Shown one piece after another: positions 58,943-64,000 of a stretch of 64,000 nucleotides of DNA (positions are counted from its first letter, which is position 1; each line of letters starts with the position of its first letter). Under the pieces are notes generated by a model that was not told where the DNA came from, made no database searches, and worked only from the letters and a program-made list of their open reading frames with translations. The stretch is taken from NCBI RefSeq assembly GCF_020253645.1, contig NZ_JADCBG010000037.1, positions 24,501 through 88,500 of the forward strand. The letters run 5' to 3'. A program made the translations under genes and the position numbers. The stretch is from Phenylobacterium sp. (GTDB lineage: Bacteria > Pseudomonadota > Alphaproteobacteria > Caulobacterales > Caulobacteraceae).

Positions 58943-60139
58943 ATGATCCACGATCCGTTACGAACCCCCGGCCGGGACGAAGGTCAATCCCCGGAAGGGA
59001 GCGGTGAGCGCATCGCCAAGGCCCTCGCCCGGGCCGGCGTCGCCTCGCGGCGCGAGGTCGAGCGCCTGATCGCTGAGGGCCGGGTGGCCATCAATGGCCG
59101 TACCCTGACCACGCCCGCCGTCCGTATCGACGCCGGGGACATTCTGACCGTGGACGGCGAGGTGGTGGGCGAGCCTGAGCCCGCCCGCCTTTTCCGCTAT
59201 CACAAGCCCTCGGGCCTGGTGACCTCGCACAAGGATCCCCAGGGCCGTCCCACCGTCTTCCAGGCCCTGCCACAGGGCCTGCCCCGCCTGATCTCGGTCG
59301 GCCGCCTTGACCTGACCACCGAGGGCCTTCTCCTTCTGACCAATGACGGTGGCCTTGCGCGGGCCCTTGAGCTTCCCTCCACGGGCCTGGTCCGCCGCTA
59401 CCGGGCCCGGGCCTTCGGCCGCATCACCCAGGACCGCCTCGACGCCCTCAAGGCGGGTGTCACCGTGGATGGCGTCCGCTACGGCCCCGTCGAGGCGGTG
59501 ATCGACAAGGCCCGCGACGGCGCCTCCGGCGCCAACCTGTGGATCAGCGTCACCCTTTCCGAGGGCAAGAACCGTGAGGTCCGAAAGGTGCTCGAATCGG
59601 TGGGCCTGAAGGTCAACCGGCTGATCCGCCTGGCCTACGGCCCCTTCGCCCTCTCCACCCTGCCGCCGGGCGAGATCGAGGAGGTCGGTCCCCGGGTCAT
59701 CCGCGAGCTCTTCTCAGACCTCATCGCGCCCGAGGATCTGCCCCGGGGCGACCGGCCCCAGTGGAGCCGCCGTGCGCCCGTCTCCGAGAAGCGCCGGGAG
59801 GCGGCGGCGGGGCCGGTCGCCGCTACAGGGGCTCCCGAGGCCCGCGCCCGGCCCGCCTACAAGCCCGGCTGGGCCCGGCCCAAGGCCAAGGCGGCCGGCC
59901 CCCGGCCGCCCCGCAAGGGCCCGGCGCGCAAGCCTGACGCCCCCCGGCCCGGCATGACCGACCTGGGCGGCCCTGGCGGCGGAAAGAAGGCGCACGCGGT
60001 CAGACCTTCTGGATCTCCACCGGCTGGCGGGCGCCCTCCAGGGCCGCGCGGGCCGAAGCGGTCCGCATCACCTCCAGGAAGGAGCGGCGCTCCTCGGAAA
60101 GGCCCTCCGAAAGGGGGCGATCGAGGGCCGCGCGGGTAA
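58943..60139 (+). CDS. rluB: rRNA pseudouridine synthase, RluB/RsuA family, with low-complexity tail
   Basis: S4 domain ERIAKALARAGVASRR, VGRLDLTTEGLLLLTNDG, EGKNREVR. Confidence 0.88.
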   Translation: MIHDPLRTPGRDEGQSPEGSGERIAKALARAGVASRREVERLIAEGRVAINGRTLTTPAVRIDAGDILTVDGEVVGEPEPARLFRYHKPSGLVTSHKDPQGRPTVFQALPQGLPRLISVGRLDLTTEGLLLLTNDGGLARALELPSTGLVRRYRARAFGRITQDRLDALKAGVTVDGVRYGPVEAVIDKARDGASGANLWISVTLSEGKNREVRKVLESVGLKVNRLIRLAYGPFALSTLPPGEIEEVGPRVIRELFSDLIAPEDLPRGDRPQWSRRAPVSEKRREAAAGPVAATGAPEARARPAYKPGWARPKAKAAGPRPPRKGPARKPDAPRPGMTDLGGPGGGKKAHAVRPSGSPPAGGRPPGPRGPKRSASPPGRSGAPRKGPPKGGDRGPRG

Positions 60140-60800
60140 GCCGCTTGGCGGCGGCGATGCCTTCGGCCCCGCGACCCTCCCATTCGCGCGCCATCTCCAG
60201 CGCCCGGGCCAGGGGATCTGAGGACAGCTCATGCACCAGGCCGATGGCGTGGGCCTCCGTCCCCGTGAAGGTCAGACCGCGCAGGATGATCTCGAGGGCC
60301 CTGGACTCGCCCACCACGCGCGGCAGGCGCTGGGTGCCGCCGCCGCCGGGGAAGATGCCGATCCGGGTCTCGGGCAGGCCGATCGAGGCCGCCTCCGGCG
60401 TGGCGATGCGAATGTCGCAGGCCAGGGCCAGCTCGAAGCCGCCACCCTGGCAGAGGCCGTTGATGGCCGCCACCACCGGCTTGTCGGCTGCGGCGATGAT
60501 GTCTGTCATCTCCAGGAACCCGGGCGGCGGCGGCGGGGCTCCGGCGCGTGGCGGCGGTGGAGGCGGGCCGTCCTGCAGGCGGGCGCTCATATCGGCCAGC
60601 TCGTCCACGTCGTAGTGGCGGATGAAGACGCCGGGCACGCCTCCCGTCAGGATCAGGCAGCGGACTTCCGGGTCGTCCAGGGCGGCCTTGGCCAGGGCGT
60701 ACATCTCCCGGGCGCCGGCCGCGGTCATGGTCCCCCAGGGCGGGTTGGCGTAGGTCAGCACGACCGCCGACCCCTTGCGTTCGCGGGTCACCAGGCTCAT
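60000..60800 (-). CDS. Enoyl-CoA hydratase/isomerase family protein
   Basis: VVAAING.C.GGGFELALACD.R, GLPET.IGIFPGGGGTQRL.R. Confidence 0.9.
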   Translation of the reverse strand: MSLVTRERKGSAVVLTYANPPWGTMTAAGAREMYALAKAALDDPEVRCLILTGGVPGVFIRHYDVDELADMSARLQDGPPPPPPRAGAPPPPPGFLEMTDIIAAADKPVVAAINGLCQGGGFELALACDIRIATPEAASIGLPETRIGIFPGGGGTQRLPRVVGESRALEIILRGLTFTGTEAHAIGLVHELSSDPLARALEMAREWEGRGAEGIAAAKRLTRAALDRPLSEGLSEERRSFLEVMRTASARAALEGARQPVEIQKV

Positions 60801-60859
60801 CAGGTCCTCCCCTGAGGTTTTCTTTTTCGCACCCTAGACCCGACCGAGGCGATCCCGCC

Positions 60860-61435
60860 ATGCGCATTGTTTCCGGCGCCCTGAAGGGCCGAAGCCTCGC
60901 CGCGCCGCCGGGCCAGGGGACCCGGCCTACCTCCGACCGCGCCCGGCAGGCCGTCTTCAACATCCTCGAGCACGCCGGCTGGGCGCCGTCCCTCGCCGGC
61001 GCGCGGGTCATCGATCTCTTCGCGGGATCGGGCGCCCTGGGCTTCGAGGCCCTTTCCAGGGGGGCGGCCTTCTGCCTCTTCGTGGAAACCGACGCCGCCG
61101 CCCGGGGCGCCATCCGCGACAACGCCGAGGCCTTCGCCCTGTTCGGCAAGACCCGCATCCACCGCCGCGACGCCACGGACCTCGGCGTTCGCCCCGGCGC
61201 CGACGGCCCCGCCTTCACCCTGGCCTTCCTGGATCCGCCCTATGCCCTGGGCCTGGGCGAGGTCGCCCTGGCCCGCCTTCGCGATGGCGGCTGGCTTGCC
61301 CCCGGGGCTCTGGCCGTGCTTGAGACCGGCGCCGGCGAGCCGGCCCCTGAAGTCGCCGGCTACACCCTCCTCGACGCCCGCACCTGGGGCGCCGCAAGGG
61401 TCTGGTTCCTGCAGCTGGAGGGCGGGGAGGGATAA
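60860..61435 (+). CDS. rsmD: 16S rRNA m2G966 methyltransferase
   Basis: MRIVSG.LKG, RPTSDR.R...FN, DLFAGSGALG.EALSRGA, DPPY. Confidence 0.96.
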   Translation: MRIVSGALKGRSLAAPPGQGTRPTSDRARQAVFNILEHAGWAPSLAGARVIDLFAGSGALGFEALSRGAAFCLFVETDAAARGAIRDNAEAFALFGKTRIHRRDATDLGVRPGADGPAFTLAFLDPPYALGLGEVALARLRDGGWLAPGALAVLETGAGEPAPEVAGYTLLDARTWGAARVWFLQLEGGEG

Positions 61436-61520
61436 ACCCCCTTGTGGAGCGCGCCGCGCGAAGGAGGGCTGCGGGGGCGCCGGCGGCCTCTCGAGCGGGT
61501 CGCCCGGCCGGGCGCGAGGC

Positions 61521-62429
61521 TTATGCGCCCGTGGCCTGGCCCAGCAGGTCCAGGAGGGTGGTCCGGACGAGGTCCGGCCTCTCCATGGGCAGGAAGTGGG
61601 TGGTCCCCGGGATCACCTCAAGCCGGACCCGGCCGCTGGCGGTGAGGTCGGCCTCGTGGCCGTCGGAACGACAGGTCGAGCCTGTCTCGGCCTTGAGGAT
61701 GCGGATCGGGACGCCGGCGGCCTCGAAGGACGGCCAGGGGTCATGGCCGTGGCTGGCGAAGTTGGAGGCCTCCCAGGCCGGATTGCAGTTCAGCTCCACC
61801 TCCCCCGAGGGCGTGTCGTGGAAGCCGTCCTCCACGTAGTCGGCCAGCATGTCGGGGGTCCAGGCGCGGAAAGCGCCCTTTCCGGAATAGGAAGCGATCA
61901 CCGCCGCCTTGCTGGGGAAGACCGCACGCCGGCGCAGGGCGCCCTGCAGCAGGGGATTGTCGGTGTTGAGCGGTCGGTTCCCGTTCTGGGCGGCGAAGCC
62001 GGGCGGCATGACCACGGGATCGAACAGGGCGATGCCCCGGACCCGGCCGGGGCTCTCGGCCGCGGCCATCAGGCTGACCGTCCCGCCCATGGAATGACCG
62101 CCCAGGACGGCGTTCCGGATATCGAGCGCTTCCAGCACCGCCTTCAGGTCAGGTACGAGGTCGTACCAGTTGCGGGCCGGGTCCCCGAGGCGCGGCGGCA
62201 GGCCGGACAGGCCATGGCCGCGCTGGTCGACGGCGATGATCCTCAGCCGGTCAGAAAGGGGGCCAAGGATCGAGCGGTAGGTCAGGGCGTTGAAGCCGTT
62301 GGCGTGGGAGAAGACGATGTCCACCGGGCGATCCTGGGGGCCCATTTCGATGGCGGTCCCATAGCCCCCGACAGCCGGCAGGTCGAACCGCAGGCGGCGG
62401 AAAGCAAAACCCGGAACGGTGCTGGACAT
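61521..62429 (-). CDS. Alpha/beta hydrolase
   Basis: HANGF, DQRGHG, GHSMGG (GxSxG), HFLPME. Confidence 0.9.
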   Translation of the reverse strand: MSSTVPGFAFRRLRFDLPAVGGYGTAIEMGPQDRPVDIVFSHANGFNALTYRSILGPLSDRLRIIAVDQRGHGLSGLPPRLGDPARNWYDLVPDLKAVLEALDIRNAVLGGHSMGGTVSLMAAAESPGRVRGIALFDPVVMPPGFAAQNGNRPLNTDNPLLQGALRRRAVFPSKAAVIASYSGKGAFRAWTPDMLADYVEDGFHDTPSGEVELNCNPAWEASNFASHGHDPWPSFEAAGVPIRILKAETGSTCRSDGHEADLTASGRVRLEVIPGTTHFLPMERPDLVRTTLLDLLGQATGA

Positions 62430-62533
62430 GGATGGACGGCCTCCCCTTGCCGCTGTTCTAGCGACTCGGGGCCGCCCGTGCACCCTCAAGGATGCCCCTT
62501 GCGACGGGACGGTCGCCGGGACTAGGTCGGCGC

Positions 62534-64000
62534 ATGAGCCCGGGTGACGCGCCGATCGAATGGACCGAGGACGGGAGACCCCGTTCGTCCCTCTACCGCG
62601 ACGCCTACTTCGGCGCCGATGATGGGCTGGCGGAGTCCCGGGCCGTCTTCCTCCAGGGCTGCGGCCTGCCGGGGGCCTGGGCGGGACGCCGGAGCTTCAC
62701 CGTCGCCGAGCTGGGTTTCGGGACGGGGCTCAACATCCTCGCCCTGCTGGACCTTTGGCGCAGGGAGGCCCCCCCGGGCGGGCGCCTGCACCTTTTCAGC
62801 GTCGAGGCCCACCTGATGCCGCGGGAGGACGCCGCGCGCGCCCTCTCCGCCTGGCCGGAGCTTGCGAGCCTGGCGGCGCCCCTCCTTGCCCAATGGCCCG
62901 GAAAGCGCCGGGGCTTTCACCGGATCGACCTGCCGGAGTCGCGCGCGAGCCTGGACCTCGCCCTCATGGAGGCGGGGGAGGCCCTCTCCCGGTGGGGAGG
63001 ACGGGCGGACGCCTGGTTCCTCGACGGCTTCGCCCCGGCCCTCAATCCCGACATGTGGCGGGACGAGGTCCTCCAGGCGGTGGCCGCACGGTCCGCCCCG
63101 GGCGCCCGGGTCGCCACCTTCACCGTCGCCGGACAGGTCCGCCGGGGGTTGGCAGCTGCGGGCTTCGAAGTGAGTCGGGCGCCCGGCCATGGCCGCAAGC
63201 GCGAGCGCCTGGAGGCGGTCCTCCCCGGCCAGGTGACGACGCCCGGACTTGCCGGGCCCGCGGCGGTGATCGGCGCCGGGATCGCCGGGGCCGCAGTCCG
63301 TCGCGCCCTCCTGGCCCTGGGCGTTGAGGTGGTCCAGTTCGAGGCCGAGGCTCCGGGGGCGGGCGCTTCCGGCAATCCCGCCGGCCTGGTGACGCCGCGC
63401 CTGGACGCCGGCCTGGGGCCCGTCGCCCGGCTGGCGGCCCAGGCCTACCTCCGGGCCCTGGACGTCTACGCCGCCCTGCCCCGGGCGGTGATCTCGCGAG
63501 GGGTGCTGCAGTTGGCGGCGAGCGAGAGGGACCCGGACCGGTTCGCCCGGATCGCTGCCTCGGACCTTTTTCCGGAAGGGGCGTTGCGACGTCTGGACCC
63601 GACCGCCGCCTCGCAACGGCTGGGGGAGCCGACGCACCGGGCAGGCCTGGACCAGCCTGACGCGCTCAGCCTGGACCCCCGCGAGGTCCTCGCCAGCTGG
63701 TGTGACGCAGATCTCCGCGGGCGCGTCGAGCGCTTGGAACCCGTGGAGGGCGGTTGGCGCCTGACGACCGCGGCTGGCGAGGCGCAGACCTTCCGGACGG
63801 TGATCCTGGCGGCCGGAGCCGAGCTTGCCCGCCTCTGGACAGGGGCGCCCATCCTGCCCGTCCGAGGCCAGGCCAGCTGGATCGCCGACCCTGGCCCGGA
63901 AACTCCCTGGGCGGCAGGCTGGGGCGGTTACATCGCCCCCATGGCGGCGGGGTTCCTTTTCGGCGCCACCTTCCGGCGCGGCGAGACCTCCACCGAACTG
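62534..64000 (+). CDS. mnmC: Bifunctional tRNA mnm5s2U synthesis protein MnmC (3' partial; absent from the ORF track because no stop is reached)
   Basis: Translated by hand: YRDAYFG..DGLAESRAVF, AELGFGTGLN, WFLDGFAP..NP.MW, PGHGRKRE, VIGAGIAG, PVRGQ, GATF, all in one frame. Confidence 0.92.
   Translation, partial: MSPGDAPIEWTEDGRPRSSLYRDAYFGADDGLAESRAVFLQGCGLPGAWAGRRSFTVAELGFGTGLNILALLDLWRREAPPGGRLHLFSVEAHLMPREDAARALSAWPELASLAAPLLAQWPGKRRGFHRIDLPESRASLDLALMEAGEALSRWGGRADAWFLDGFAPALNPDMWRDEVLQAVAARSAPGARVATFTVAGQVRRGLAAAGFEVSRAPGHGRKRERLEAVLPGQVTTPGLAGPAAVIGAGIAGAAVRRALLALGVEVVQFEAEAPGAGASGNPAGLVTPRLDAGLGPVARLAAQAYLRALDVYAALPRAVISRGVLQLAASERDPDRFARIAASDLFPEGALRRLDPTAASQRLGEPTHRAGLDQPDALSLDPREVLASWCDADLRGRVERLEPVEGGWRLTTAAGEAQTFRTVILAAGAELARLWTGAPILPVRGQASWIADPGPETPWAAGWGGYIAPMAAGFLFGATFRRGETSTEL

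Overview
High-GC (roughly 70% by eye) alphaproteobacterial chromosome segment, most likely Caulobacteraceae (Phenylobacterium/Caulobacter-like: kidO-like gene, L21 with long extension, poly-Pro OmpA). It holds about 60 mostly core or metabolic genes: a complete Moco operon flanked by mocA and xdhC, ald, mtgA, a WD40/ExbD/CobW/CDF metal locus, rplU-rpmA-GNAT-obgE-proB, FAH-maiA-can, scoAB, msrA, an Oar-like TonB-dependent receptor, aguAB, dsbD-pgi, hisS-hisZ-hisG, ompA, nrdAB, htpX, amn, tadA, rluB, rsmD and a partial mnmC. I saw no integrase, transposase, prophage, CRISPR array, rRNA or tRNA. The most interesting signals are non-coding and absent from the ORF track. (1) A 25-codon His-rich leader peptide with competing hairpins precedes hisS-hisZ-hisG, a candidate translational attenuator. 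(2) A candidate ~120-nt sRNA with its own promoter and terminator lies right after hisG; its G-rich loop is complementary to the CU-rich core of suhB/alpha-r8 sRNAs, so it may be a sponge. (3) Tandem NrdR boxes 31 bp apart lie in front of both nrdA and nrdB, and NrdA lacks an ATP cone. (4) A Pho-box-like array precedes the TonB receptor. (5) A PhaR-like palindrome precedes scoAB. All calls come from reading the sequence; no searches or folding were run, and start codons were chosen by eye.
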